Below are positions 26,023 to 39,726 of a stretch of 64,000 bases of DNA, one piece after another; position 1 is the stretch's first letter, and each line of letters starts with the position of its first letter. The notes below the pieces were generated by a model. That model saw only the letters and a list, made by a program, of their open reading frames with translations. It did not search any database and was not told the origin of the DNA. The stretch is from Octopus vulgaris. Taxonomy: Eukaryota. A program made the translations under genes and the position numbers. The stretch covers positions 113,894,001 through 113,958,000 of the forward strand of contig OX597815.1 of the NCBI GenBank assembly GCA_951406725.2. Reading direction: 5' to 3'.

Positions 26023-28188
26023 TTAAAGGATTTTGCATTACAGTAACATTTTCAGAACATGGGAGATCCTGCATATAGATGTATATTAGTATGTGTGTGT
26101 GTTGAAGAGATCAGTCTTGTTTTCTTTCTTGTAGAAAAGTGATGGGTCATCTGAGTGCCCCAGTCATCTGATAAGGGTTTTTATATTTCTGAACTTTTCC
26201 ATTGGCAAATATCTTCATTCAAAAAAGTACATTATGAAGATGTATGTGAGAGAGAGTAAGGGGAGGTAGAGTAATAGATGTGTTTACTGTGGTTATTCTC
26301 CTGTAAAGCAAATGGTGCATTTTTCAATGGTTTATTGTTTATATTCTACTGATCAGTATTTGCTCTAGATAAATTTATAAGTTAGATTTGTGGGCGCCAT
26401 AAGCTGCATAGGTCATATCACAGCATGTCCTGGAGTTCTCTGTTCAGCACAAATCTTGATCTGTACTTTACAGATTAACCTGAATTCTTTGGAGAGAAAT
26501 AAAAAATGAAAAAAGAACATGTTTGTGACATTTCAAATATTATTTGTATTTCATTAATTTTTTTTCCAATCATCAAAACGGTTATATCAATATTTTTAGA
26601 TGCTAAGAGCTTTAACTCTTAGCATCTAAAAATGTTCCTACCATTCTACCATTCAACCTCATTTCATTTGAGTAACCCTAAGCCAGTTCCATCACCAATT
26701 GTCAAGCACTGCCCATGGTCTTTTTCCTTTTTAGAAAATTTCATGTCAAAAATGTAAATGCTAAACTGTCATAGCTATTGGATTTTTTTTAAGTAGCTCG
26801 GTTAGCTAATGTCATTTTGCAAGCTATCTATTAGACAAATGTCAGTCTTTTGAAGCTCCATAATATAAATTAATATGTAGTTATACATCATAATCATCAT
26901 CATCATCATCATCATCATCATTATTATTATTATAAAACAACTTTTATTCTAAATATATAAATATCGAAATATGTTTCTTTTTAATTGTCTTCATTATAAT
27001 AAAATTAGCCTTGTTTTGAATGGTATATAACATAATTATTCTCAATTATTTTAACCTTTATTAGTGATCTGGTAATTGGTTTTAGACTTTTATTAAAGTT
27101 TCAAATGAAGTTTATTCATAAGATTTTGAGAACTGGGGTGGAGAATTTTGTGATAAAATTTTATTCTAGAATAAAATAATAGAGTAACATTTGTATCTTA
27201 GGTTAAATATAGTCTGTTACATTTACATTTTTTGACTGTGGTATAACTTGGGAGGTAATGATTATGTATGTTGATATTCATTTATGCTACTTGACTATCT
27301 TCGCTTAAATGAGCTAAATAAAAATTTAAAAAAACATCCAGAATAATATTCCAAGCAAAGACAGGGATATACATTTTATGACACTGTGGTTGACTAAAAC
27401 TTGATTACAACTACACTTGATTTCTTAGATTAAAAACAGACTGTCTTGTTAAATAATCATCAGAAGCAATGAGTTAATGGTAATTACAGTAGATTCTAGA
27501 CATGACTCATTGTATCCACATCGTAAAATTAATATAAAAAAAGAGAGAGCAAATTGGAAAAAAAAATATAATAAATTGAAGTTCCTGACATTGATGCTAT
27601 TTTGCAGTAGCAAGAAAACCAACAGTTTAACTATGTTCTCACCCCTTTTAGGATTATGAAAGCAGTATTCATGTTTTTGCCTTCTTTCTTTCTTTCTTTT
27701 GGGGGTGGGGGGTGGGATGGGGATGGGGACGGGGCTTTTTTTTTATCTGTGACTTCATACATGGCTCTGTATGTGTTTGTCACTAAGAACATATTCAGTT
27801 TCACACTTGTTTATCTTATAAGATAAGCAATGTATATATAATAGGACACTTGGGAGGAAACGATTGTTTACTGCATTGTTTATTGTTGAATGAAGAAATG
27901 GAAGAGGCAAGCTTTAGAGGATAGTGCTGTCTTCTTATTATGAGTTAATCATTAAAAAATAGAGGCATCATTACCCAGTCTGTCATTTTACTAGCTGCAG
28001 CCACTTTGGGACACTATTTTCAAGAGTTTAACTCAATGCAGATCAGTCCTGGTACTTATTGAAGCCTGGTATACAGTTTATTGATCCATATTTTTATTGA
28101 ACTCCTAATTTGTGCTGTGTGACACAACATCGGTTTTACACCTGTAAATGTGGATGGATACACATGCACATGTTAGTCTGCCATATTC

Positions 28189-28368
28189 CAGTGCTCTGCA
28201 ACCGGTATGCCACAGCACACTGGTATTCCATGAGATGATGCTAGGTGTGCCACAGCGTAACCTGAATATAATTTTTTTCATATACTTTTAGTTATTTTTT
28301 AGATCAGCTCCCAAATTTTGCAAAGAGTATAAGTGTACCATGAGTAAAAAAAAGGTTGCCAAGTACTG
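28189..28368. mobile_element. hAT (Charlie-like) MITE with perfect 8-bp TSD, inserted in an old SINE
   Basis: TIRs cagtgctctgcaacc / ggttgccaagtactg; TSD ccatattc at 28181-28188 and 28369-28376. Confidence 0.9.
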
Positions 28369-29584
28369 CCATATTCCACTCAGAAAATATTATTTGACTT
28401 GAAGTTTCAATGAAAGAAACTTGTCCAAGTTGACCATGTGTGAGATCATGTTAGGAATCACATGGTTAATTCACAAGTCTGGGATAAATGGTTAATTACA
28501 GTAAACATGGTCTGTGAGAAATGGTTGTTGCAAAGCTGTATTTATTAATCACTATCAAAATAATTGCATTAGTTGTCTAATCATTTTACAATAAACTTCT
28601 AATATTTTATCATTATCATTTAACATCTGTTTTCCATACTGGCATGGGTTGGACATAATCATCATCATGGCCATAGATAATTATTTTAAAATCTTATTCT
28701 GCTTGTAGATTACATTGTTATTGCTGAAGCTATTGGCTTAAATTAGACTTTAATTAGCTTAATACTAACTGTAGCATATGTAGTCAAAACAATAACTTTA
28801 GAATTTTATTATTAAAATGCTTCTTTAACCAGCAGTCAAAAAGCTAGATATCTTTAAAGTGTTTTGGTTGATTTCACCAAAAGGAATAATTTTATGTGTC
28901 CATTTCTTGAAAGTTGAAATCTACTCAAGAAACATTGATGGAATTAGCTATTACTTTCTCTGTGAGGATTTGGTAAACAAATATGTAAAAGTCGTTTGAC
29001 TGGGATTTAATATCATAAGAAATATTACCAGTTTAAGAAAAGTACAAAGCAACTTGCAAAAATTGCTTATGGATTTGGAAATATATTTCCTATATAAGTT
29101 AATCAGTCTATCCAGTTGACTGAAGCTCTTAGTAATAGTGAATTTATAAACAGTGTTTCCATGAACAGTTAAGAATGGTACTTAGTTACTAGTGAAATCC
29201 CAACACAAGATTAAAACTAGTCCGACTAATCCCTCTTTTTCTGTGTATGAAAATAATACATATAAAGACAAGATGTTTGCATCTATCTATTATAAACAGT
29301 GTTGGCTAAAATATATAGATATATTCTTTTGCATATTTCTTTCATATAGTGCAACCACTGGAGATTTCAACCAAAATAAATATCGAATTCTTAGTGTTAT
29401 TGGGATGTTAATTTCTCATTATTTGGATCTAGTAGTAATATTTTATGTACATTTTTCATGCTACTATTATTGTCAATCACTTCTGATTTTCAAAAGACTT
29501 ATATGAAGTATGGATATTTGCTAGGGAAATATGAGAATTGGCAAATATCTTTTATATTTTTGCTGGCATTCATAGTTGTCATTG

Positions 29585-29765
29585 TTTAGTCTCAAATCAG
29601 TCATAACCCAACAGAACTATGATAAAAGCCATGATATCCCATCTTTATCTGTATCTAGGACCACATTATTCTTCTGTACTTAGGATGGTAATGTGTGATT
29701 TAAGGGAGATTTGGCTACTATCTCTTGCAGGTTGGGCAATCGTATAGAAGCTCCCTTATTGGCTT
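29585..29765. repeat. Dispersed repeat family D; also at about 19110-19250, 21490-21690, 40770-40965, 43940-44120, 56285-56640, 57260-58060
   Basis: Shared tatctagga.c/tacatta...g.gtgattt.agggagatttggct.cta blocks. Confidence 0.7.
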
Positions 29766-30178
29766 GTAGAATTTACTGAGCATTTTATTTGTTCTGGTTA
29801 TGTTACAACAGTTTTATAGAATTTTAATCATCAGAGAGAATTGACATTTCAAATAACTTTGTGATTGAACATATAACTAAGCTTCTAGTGTAGACTTTTT
29901 TTTTTGTTAAGAAGTATAGTCATTTAAATCAATTTGTATGTTTGAGTTTGACAAAACTGGTAGCTTCTAAATTCTAAATAATACTAGCTGATAATTCCTT
30001 TTAGAAAAACTAACAGTAGATAAACAACTTCTAAATTTGAGACAGCAGATTAAACAGCATCTCCTTTATTTCCAAACTGCAACCAGTGTTGGGCGTTATC
30101 TTGCCCCCCACTTACTTCCATTTTAATAGGTTCTTACCTATTGTACCATGTGCGGTGTCTTGTCTGTTCCTTCTCTAG

Positions 30179-30283
30179 TATCATCCATACGCTGAGCAGT
30201 TTCAACCTGTATGAAGATGCCCTTCTGGAGCCACTTGATGAGTTTGATGCCTTATCCGATGCCATTTCAGACCCCACTACCCA
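30179..30283 (+). CDS. FRMD4: Symmetric (phase 2-2) 105-nt coding exon of the FRMD4-like gene: (R)IIHTLSSFNLYEDALLEPLDEFDALSDAISDPTT(Q)
   Basis: Acceptor tgtctgttccttctctAG, donor ca|GTAAGT; open in frame with both flanking exons. Resembles the HTLSSFNLYEDA...DPTTQVSVSRRTFG insert I recall from invertebrate FRMD4 orthologues. Confidence 0.9.
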
Positions 30284-30658
30284 GTAAGTATCTCATTTTC
30301 AAACTCAATCTGCCAAACACAAGTGATGGACTTACCAAAAAACACTTTGGCAATATATCTGAGCACCACTTTATTTCTCAAGACATCATCACATCAATGG
30401 TCTTTTTTTTCCGCTTTTTTTTTCACCTTCATTTTATTTATTTATTTATTTTATTTATTTATTTCATTTTGCACTCACAAATCTGTGTGTTCAAGCCCCT
30501 GTGTTGCACAACTTAAATTGGGGGTAAGTATGTTATCATTCAAAGGAGCTGTTTATCTTAAGAATATTTGAGTGAACATTTGTTCATTATAATACAGACT
30601 TTTGGAATATCAGTTTGATCTTGGTTAATCATTAGAAACTTTTGTTTTCCTCATGCAG

Positions 30659-30685
30659 GAGAAATTCCTTGATTTCACAAGTGCA
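30659..30685 (+). CDS. FRMD4: Candidate 27-nt frame-preserving microexon, (Q)RNSLISQV(Q)
   Basis: Acceptor ttttgttttcctcatgcAG, donor ca|GTGAGT; phase 2-2, no stop in the FRMD4 frame. No homology support. Confidence 0.45.
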
Positions 30686-31658
30686 GTGAGTATGGCAAGA
30701 CTTTTTGTCATGAAAAATGTTTGACATTCCAGAATGTTTCCTTATGCCCTCCAAAGTTTTACTTTATAACCATTTACTTCTGCTAAGTACTAAATAATGA
30801 AATATGTTTTTTGATGCAGTTTAGCTTGCATGGACCAATTTGCTTGACTGAATGAATTAAATATTTTTTTTCTTCTTTTATTCATTGTTCTACCATATGG
30901 CAGTGATAAATTATCAGTTCACTTCTTTCTACTGATGTTTATATTATTCTAACCACACTAAAATTGTTTTGGATATTTTAACATTACATTATAGAGTGTG
31001 GAGCTTCACAGTAATGATAGAATTCCAAAGATTATTGTAATTCTTATTATTCAAAATGAAGAGTGTCATGGATAGATAAATTACCAAGACATCCATTTAT
31101 CAGTTGTGAGTTTATGTTTTATCTTTGAATAAGCTCTCTCCTTTTGTCCTGCAGCTATCATCATGTTTTCATCAAGATTAAATTGAGAAAGATTACAAAA
31201 GTAGGAAAATATTTTGGTACATAGAAAATCCTGAATATCCATAACAATTTGTATGTGATTAATTATCCAGCCAAATTGCTATTCTAATTAGTCTGCTACA
31301 TTGATATTTTGTTTTAGTGTCCAATTATTTTCACAATATCAATGGATTCACAGATCAATCTGTTATTTCAAACTTAATTATTCTATTTATCCTTCTACAT
31401 AGCTCCACAATTAATCTTTATTTTAGTCAGGGTAACACTTACATAATTTTAAATCTTTAATTTCATTTGTTCTTGCCAATTATTCAGCTCTGACTAAATA
31501 TTGCATAAACCTCTCATCTGTTCAGTTTATACTGTATTGCATAACTTTTCCACTCTTGATAAATGAATATACTGCTGATCAAGATTATTCTCTGGCTTAA
31601 CTCTTTGTAATGTATGAAAAAAAAAAAACTTTCTGTTGATCTGGTTAAAACTTTCCTC

Positions 31659-31724
<66 letters not shown>

Positions 31725-33357
31725 ATGCCTTGTTCAAATTTAACTCTTTGTATATACACTCAACCACTTTCCACTAAAACTGTATTACTTTACTATCTTT
31801 TCTCTTCTACTAGAGTTTGCAGTAGCAGCTTCTAACTTTGCTAACAAAATAACATCCTTTATTTTACAAACTGTACTATTTAATACTTTGTCTCTAATTC
31901 TAACTTCTCTCAAGATTTCATTCCTAAGTCCTCTGTTTTGACTCAACAAAACTTACATGGGAAAACTTCTGATATCACTATATATACATTACATTTACTA
32001 GTTTGGTTGGCTGACTAATTTCTTAAAAAAATAAGAGTAAAAAAGAACCTACTTTTGTTTCACAGCTTACTATCCTGATCAAATAAGTTACATTGTTATT
32101 TTATAGCCCAACCATTCCACTCATATTCAAACTATAAGGATATCTGATAACCTACCTTGCTAGTTGCACTAAATACATTAGTTTGGTCGATTAATTTGTC
32201 TATAAATAATTCTAATTCATATTCTAACCCTGACCTATATTTATAAGAATTTTCTGTGCTTTATTTTGGAGAGATATACTTTGAGTGCTTGGTCCAGTGT
32301 TGTGTTCAACAGAATATTTTTTTTTTTATCTAACTTTAGTAATTATGTTTAGATTGGTATAATTTTACTGAAGATTAAAACTACGTATTTTAAAAGATAA
32401 AAATACTGTTACGGGAATTTCCTTGAATAGTCATTAGGTTAGCAAGTTTAGAAATAATATAGGAATTTTAAATTAAGCGCAATATATTACTGGTAATATA
32501 TACCAGTCAACCAATATATATACCAAAGTCAACCTCCACAGAATTTGAACTCAGAACGTAGACAGACGAAATACCGCTAAGCATTTCACCCGGCATGCTG
32601 ATGCTTCTGCCAGCTCACCATCTTTGTGTCTCAATATTGTGAGTTCAAATCCCACTGTAGTTGACAAAGATAGTTACCAGTCAAATACTAGAATCAGCCT
32701 GACTGACTGATCTCTCTTCACAAGTATATAGTCTCATGCTAATGACCTAGTCATTATTTAGAAATAATTATTAGATTTGTAATGTTTACAGCTACTGATC
32801 TTTGAGATTCCAATATAAATTTATATATTGCTTGTTTCTTTTACTCTTCAGAAAGGTGGTATGTTTGTATGTATGAATGTGTGTGCCTGTGTGTATAATT
32901 AAATTGAAATTCTAGTTATTGCTGTAGTAGTAAGTAAACTAGTATTTATACTGGTAAATACGTACATTTTTAAATAGTGTTTTTGTTTCATATGCAGACG
33001 CACAATCTTTATTCACTTTTATATGTCTGCCCAAAACCACTTTGCTTTTAAAAAAAATGTTGTCACATGTACTCACACACACACACACAAAACACATATA
33101 TATATATATATATGTGTGTGTCTGTGTGGACTAAAGAAGGTATGCTCAATAATGTGTCTTATTTCAATTACCTTATGAAATTGATACCAGTGATTTCAGA
33201 TTACTGATATATATATATATATTTGAATAGTTGAATGAATTATCTTGTTATGTATAATTCGGTTAACCGATACCTGGGTAGCAAATTCACATCAGAGAAG
33301 ACACGTTTGAAGTTATGTGCTTTCGTGTGGAAATTTGTATGTTTTTTTTTAAAATAA

Positions 33358-33456
33358 ATATATGAAAGAATGGAGTTGAACGACAAATTAACAAAATTCC
33401 TTTATTTATAAAGGAATTTTGTTAATTCGTCGTTCAACTCCATTCTTTCATATATA
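33358..33456. repeat. Near-perfect hairpin, about 48-bp stem with one mismatch
   Basis: tatgaaagaatggagttgaacgacaaattaacaaaattcctttat-tt-ataaaggaattttgttaattcgtcgttcaactccattctttcata. Confidence 0.95.
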
Positions 33457-33491
33457 TATATATATATGTCTATATATACTCTCTCTCTCTC

Positions 33492-33877
33492 TTTTACTCT
33501 TTTACTTGTTTCAGTCATTTGACTGCGGCCATGCTGGAGCACCGCCTTTAGTCGAGCAAATCGACCCCGGGACTTATTCTTTGTAAGCCCAGTACTTATT
33601 CTATCGGTCTCTTTTGCCGAACCGCTAAGTGACGGGGACGTAAACACACCAGCATCGGTTGTCAAGCAATGCTAGGGGGACAAACACACACACATACACA
33701 CATATATACATATATACGACAGGCTTCTTTCAGTTTCCGTCTACCAAATCCACTCACAAGGCATTGGTCGGCCCGGGGCTATAGCAGAAGACACTTGCCC
33801 AAGATGCCACGCAGTGGGACTGAACCCGGAACCATGTGGTTGGTTAGCAAGCTACTTACCACACAGCCACTCCTGCG
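33492..33877 (-). mobile_element. SINE family A, young CpG-rich copy
   Basis: Reverse complement of 4313-4720 at high identity; flanked by (TA)n. Confidence 0.92.
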
Positions 33878-33929
33878 ATATATATATATTTATAAAGATA
33901 CATCTACATATATATATTGACAATTGGCA

Positions 33930-34168
33930 AGTCCCTTAAGCCCATGGGGGTCGTTTGGGTGCTGCAACCATGCAATGTATCTTGGATGAAGAAGCTTGGC
34001 AGAGCCCATCCCTCGCCAGGCTAAACTTATTTCTACAACTGAGTGGACTGGAGCAATGTGAAACGAAGTGCTTTGCTCAAGAACACAACAGGTCACCTGG
34101 TCTCTGTATTGAAACCACAATCTTACGATCAGGAGTCCAACACCCTAACCACTAAGCCATGTGCCTTC
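33930..34168 (-). mobile_element. SINE family E; second copy at about 35955-36172
   Basis: Both copies share ggcagagcccatccct...ccaggctaa and gagcaatgtgaaa..aagtg.tttgctcaagaacacaa; tRNA-like head on the minus strand. Confidence 0.7.
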
Positions 34169-34460
34169 ACACACACACACACACGATTTTCATATAAGTT
34201 ACCTCACATGATATATATATTTACTTATTCACAAATATCATACACTCTCACGTAGCCTTCTGCATGCTCATCCAAGATGGAGATGGATACCAGCCTTCTC
34301 ATAAGGCTGGGTTGATAATTGTTGAGAGATTTCGCTCTACATGAAACCATTGGTATCCTTATCAACCAACATATAAAGTGTGTGTCTACACACACAGAGA
34401 ATATGTATTGGTGATATGAAACAATTGGCATTAATTTCAAACAATAATTATATAAATAAA

Positions 34461-34850
34461 CTAGCAGTATCGCCCGGCGTTGCTCGGGTTTGTAAGGGAA
34501 ATAACTATATAAGCATTTTTAGAGAGTTATAGCAAAAAAATGCATTAAAAATGGAATAAAAAATGATGGTAATTTTTTTTTTAATCGTTGACTCATCGCA
34601 GACATTTTTAGAGTTACTTCCCTTATATAATAGCGAAAAAATGCATTAAAATGGAAAAAATGATGGTAAATTTTTTTTTAAATCGTAGACTCATCGTAGA
34701 CGCGCGCTAATACCCAGACGGGCTCGATAGGAATCACGACTATAAGATACCCGAATTTGGTTAAACTGCACCGCAAAATGTGGGAGTAGTTAGGAATCTA
34801 AATCGTAGGAGACAGACACTCACACAACTTCACTTTTATATATATATAGA
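34461..34850 (-). mobile_element. Non-autonomous Helitron, 390 bp, young
   Basis: On the minus strand it starts TC(TATATAT), has subterminal hairpin CCCGAGCAACGCCGGG, ends CTAG, and sits between A and T. Internal duplication of about 100 bp; CpGs retained. Confidence 0.88.
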
Positions 34851-37800
34851 TATGTATGTGTATAGTTTGACCAAATTGATAGAGCATCAATCAAAATACT
34901 TTGTGATATATGGTTATGCCCCTTTACAGTCTGAGTCCATACTCTATCCAGGTCCACTTTTATTTTGTGAATCGGCTATCGGGGTCAATATAACAAACTC
35001 CACTTCTGAAGGTGGTGCCTCAACTTAGTCACAGTCATGTGACTAAAACCAATAAAAGAAGTACATACATACGTGTGTATATATTCAGAAGCACATTCAT
35101 ACTATGCATATGTGAATACATAAATATGTATGTATGTATGTATGTATTCACAGATACATATGCATGCATGTGTGTGTGTGTGTGTGTAATGATTTTCTTC
35201 TTTTCCAGTTTATTTATTTATTTATTTATATAATACAATTAGAATATTTGCATGTTGTATTGGTATTCCAGTCTGCTGCTTTTCGGCTCTTATGCCATGC
35301 ATGCCATCTCACTATTCACTGTCTCTTTTCTCGATGTCATATATTTTAAATGTTTAACATTATGCTCAGTTTCTCTTCTTTATTGTTGCAATTAATCTAT
35401 TTTGTTTATTTGTTTTCTCAGGTTGATTTTGAAGTTTTTGATCACACACACACACACATACACATTGTGTTTTGTTATTTTAAATTTGTATTATTAAATT
35501 TTAAAGATGTTTTTTTTTCTTTTCATTTTCCTAGTTTATTTACAAATTAAATCACTGAAATGAGTTCCAGCTTTACTATTAAGAATATTAAGGAGTGTTA
35601 ATATTAAATGTTATACTGTTAGTTATAGTTAATAAGTTTGAAGTTATTGCTTTGATGTGATATATCAGTAGTGACATCTCACCATACTAGGTAGTGCATT
35701 TTATAATATTAGTTATTTTATAGTAGACCTGGTATTTGATATACTTTTAGTGGTACATTATTTATGATGTATATTAGAGTGCCATTTGAGCACTGGAGTC
35801 AATGTAACTGACTATTCCCATCATCCTCCAAAATTTCAGGCCTAGTGCCTGTAGCCAAAAGGAATATATATTAGAGGTTATCACATCCCATGAGTGATTA
35901 CAATATAAATTATTAGTCACATTTGACTATCTGACATGTTGTTATGTTGACAAATCCCTTAACCCTTTGGGGGTCATTGGGGCACTGCAGCCATGCAGTC
36001 TATCTATCCAGAGCAAGAAAGCCTGGCAGAGCCCATCCCTCTCCAGGCTAACCCTGGACTTGAGCAATGTGAAATAAAGTGTTTTGCTCAAGAACACAAT
36101 AGATCGCCCAGTCCAGGGATCAAAGCCACAATCTTATGATTGTGAGTCCAACGTGCCTCCACCCAAGTCATGCGTCAAACATCGTATTTCATGTGTTGTT
36201 GCATTAAAAAATGCTGTTGGTATTTTCATTTCCCTGTATTGCTACATCATTATACTGTTAGTGAAGTGTAACCTCTCATGCTGTTAGTAGCAGATGGCAT
36301 CCCGTCTGTTAATACATTATATACCGTTAGTACATAGTAAAAAGAATTGATTAGTTTTCTGTTGTCTAGCAGTTAATGTGTTTAATAATAAAATGTGTAA
36401 AGTCAAGCCAAATAATTTACGGTACTTAGTTTTGATCTCTCACTATTTACATTTGATTACATCTAACCTTTTATCCCAACAGAGGTTGGTAGATATCTAA
36501 TATTAGGGCAGTCAACAAATCAATATATTTGCTCCATGAAATAAAAAAAAATGTGTGGTGTATTATGACGAAGAAACAAATGATAATTATATAATAACTT
36601 ATTGGTGAATAGTGCACTTGGTAAGGAAGTAGTCTTGTCCTTGGTTAAATCTCTGACTGCTTGATTGTCCTAAGTTCATCTGTTGTTGATGTCATGATAA
36701 ATGTCCCCAAAGATCTGAAGCAAGTGAGAGATTAATCTACTTTATTTTAGGATGACATACCTAAAAGATTTCCTATGTATTCCCAGCAGTTAAACGGATT
36801 ACTGCTATTCAAAAAAACCCAAAACTCTGCAGTAAATTTTACTCCCAAACCCATCAGCTAGCACTCCAATGTCTTCTTGGTTTGTTTGCAGCTGCCATTT
36901 TATCCATTGGATACTCAAATAAAATGAATATCAGTAATGTACAGTTAAGTAAAGTATGCACCCTTCTTTTAAAAGAAAGTGCTTATGGAAATCACATATA
37001 TTAAGTCTCATAATTTAAGATACTCCACAATAAGGATAGGCATATTCTGTGGCAATAATACAGGTTAAATGGTTTGAGTTCAGCCACTGGGATGCTGGAC
37101 TTACAAATTACCTACAAATATTTGATTGAGTTTGCTGGAGCAGAACACACATTAACTAAAAAAATGACAAAATAGAAATGCAGTTTATTATTATTGTGAT
37201 TTCAGTCATTATTGGCAAGTGTATTCTGTTCATTCTTTTCTAGGAAATATTATAAGTGGGTGTCAATTGTCTTAACTAAATTGAAGTTGAAATTTCACAG
37301 ATTTGTGTTAGGAAAGTACCTCTAAGTTCTGATTTCAAATCTCTCTGGGGAAAGTCTTATCTTTTATGTCTGGTATAGTATCTGAACCATTTGTAAGCTT
37401 AGGTTATTGTGGTCGATGATATTGCTCTCTTGAAAAAAAAATTTGCCTGTGGCTAGTCAAAAATATGCATATTCTGCATCTGCTAATTTAATAACATTCT
37501 AGTTATAGTGTTCCTGAGACAAAAATATTAACTCTATTCACCACAAGCCCAGGTTTAATTAAGAAACTGTTAGTTTATTGTATTCATTGTGTATAATCAA
37601 TGCTAATTATTTCCTTATTTCATTGCATTGGAAAATACAAGTGCTATTGACAATTCCTGGTTCAACTCCTAGCTGGAGTTGTTTCATTTCAAATATGCTG
37701 CTAATTTTTCTGAGGAAAATGTAACTATGTCAACATGCCATTTCTCTTTTAGGAAGAGAAATCTTAGGCTTCATGTCTTAGCATGGAGACATTATTATTG

Positions 37801-39687
37801 CTATTTACTATCTTATGTATTATATATATTGCTGTCTCTATCGTTTACTGTCTTTGGTATTATATCAAACTCTTGCTTAGGATAAGTTTATAAATAAATT
37901 AGCATTTAGTAAACACTCATGTAAATATATTTACAAACTTATCCACAAATGTATTTTCTCAGTACTTTAGTTTATTACTTAAAGTGCTATTTCGTGTGCC
38001 TTTTGTAATGTATTATCATTATTTAGTACTCATTTATCTACTGTTTAATAGACCCTTCATTAAATCAAATATTCATTTTTTTAAAGGGTGGAACTTCTTT
38101 TGTCTTTCTTTTATAGATTAGTATAAAATAACTGAGTTATTAAAAATTATTATGAGATTAACTATAACCATTAGTGGTTTGTTTTGTAGGCTTGCAAGTT
38201 AGATTTTCCCTTCACATATAAACTTAACAAAATATGTTATAATTTCTAAATTACTCTCTAACTGCACTTTATATCTATAGCTAACACCTTGACATAATTA
38301 AATGATTTGCCTCCTACTTACTACATGAATGTTCCAGCATTTGTTCACAACTAGGTTTATTTGGAATTTTTTTTTTGTTTTCTGTATTTTCATTTATTTT
38401 CTTTTAGCATTAAAAAAAGTGAAAACAAATTCATAAAATTTCTAAAATCGATATTTCTAGTCTGTTTTATATTTTGATCTCAATTTACTAGATGTTTAAA
38501 GCAACTGCTGGTTGACAAATTTATAAAAGAAACAGTTTATTTTCTAAATCACAGTTTTATGTTTACTGAAACTAGAATTTTTATTTCAGATTTCTTTTTC
38601 TTTGATTTTATTTTCTGATAGTTTTCAGTTCAAATTCAATTATCTCTCTCCCTGTCTCCCCACTCTCTCATCAGTATTGAATGTATTATCCTTGCTATAA
38701 AAACAATTACATAAAACAACAGACTGTGTTGTTCATTAAACCAAAGGCCAAACTAGTTGAACCAAAAGTAAACATCTAGTCACTATGGTAACAGTATACC
38801 TAATAGCTGTTGTACTTTATTAAATGAAAGACTTTGTTTATGAAGAGAGTTGCATGCAAGAAATTTTGTTTATACTTGTATATTACATTGTTGCTATGAG
38901 TATTGGGTAGGGAAGTTTACAGTTCTTGTTTTGAAACTAAATCTCACAAACTTCAAATGTTGTTCCTGCTATTAATCATTGGTGAGGTAAACTTTGCTGA
39001 GGCTCAGTTACTGTAAGATTATAAATCTGACGGCTTTTGTAAGAGGTTTGCTATTTCTCTGTTGTTGCAATGTCTTCATATTAAGGAAGTAGAAGAAAAC
39101 AGGACTAGTATTTGTTAAAGAGAATTTGCATGGAAGAAAGTCTTAATGCATGTGATTGCATTAAGATTATTGTTATTATTAAGGAAGTGAGCTGACAGAA
39201 CCATTAGTACACCAGACAAATGCTTAGTGACCTTTTGTCTGTCTTTATGTTCTGAATTCAAATTCTGCCATGGTTGACTTAGCCAATTTGTCAGTGGTCA
39301 CCCAACCAGAGAGATCTAATGAACTAATGAAAGAGAGTGTTCCTAGAGTTGTCATTGTAGATATCCAGAAATTAGGAGAATCCTGAGTGATAATTGGTGG
39401 AGGTAGAAGTGTTAATAACAAAGGCAATATCAAAAGACTAGTAATAATAATAAAAATTCAGAAGAAATGACATTAAAAAAAAACTAATTTCTAGTTTTAT
39501 TTTGCAGAATCACAATTTAATGATTATCATTCAGTTAAATATTTTAGTGAAATGTTATTTATTATATATTTAATTAAATATATCAAATATGTTCTTATTT
39601 AATTTAAAAATGAATTAGTAATCTTCCCCTTTTTCCTATCTGCCTTGATGAGTTTTTGTTTTAGAACATATACATGTACACACAAAT

Positions 39688-39726
<39 letters not shown>

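Noticed and set aside
26593-26632. 17-bp perfect hairpin; similar small hairpin at 9338-9387
   Set aside because: Too short for a pre-miRNA call; the first resembles collapsed ends of the piggyBac-like MITE. No known miRNA recognised in the window.
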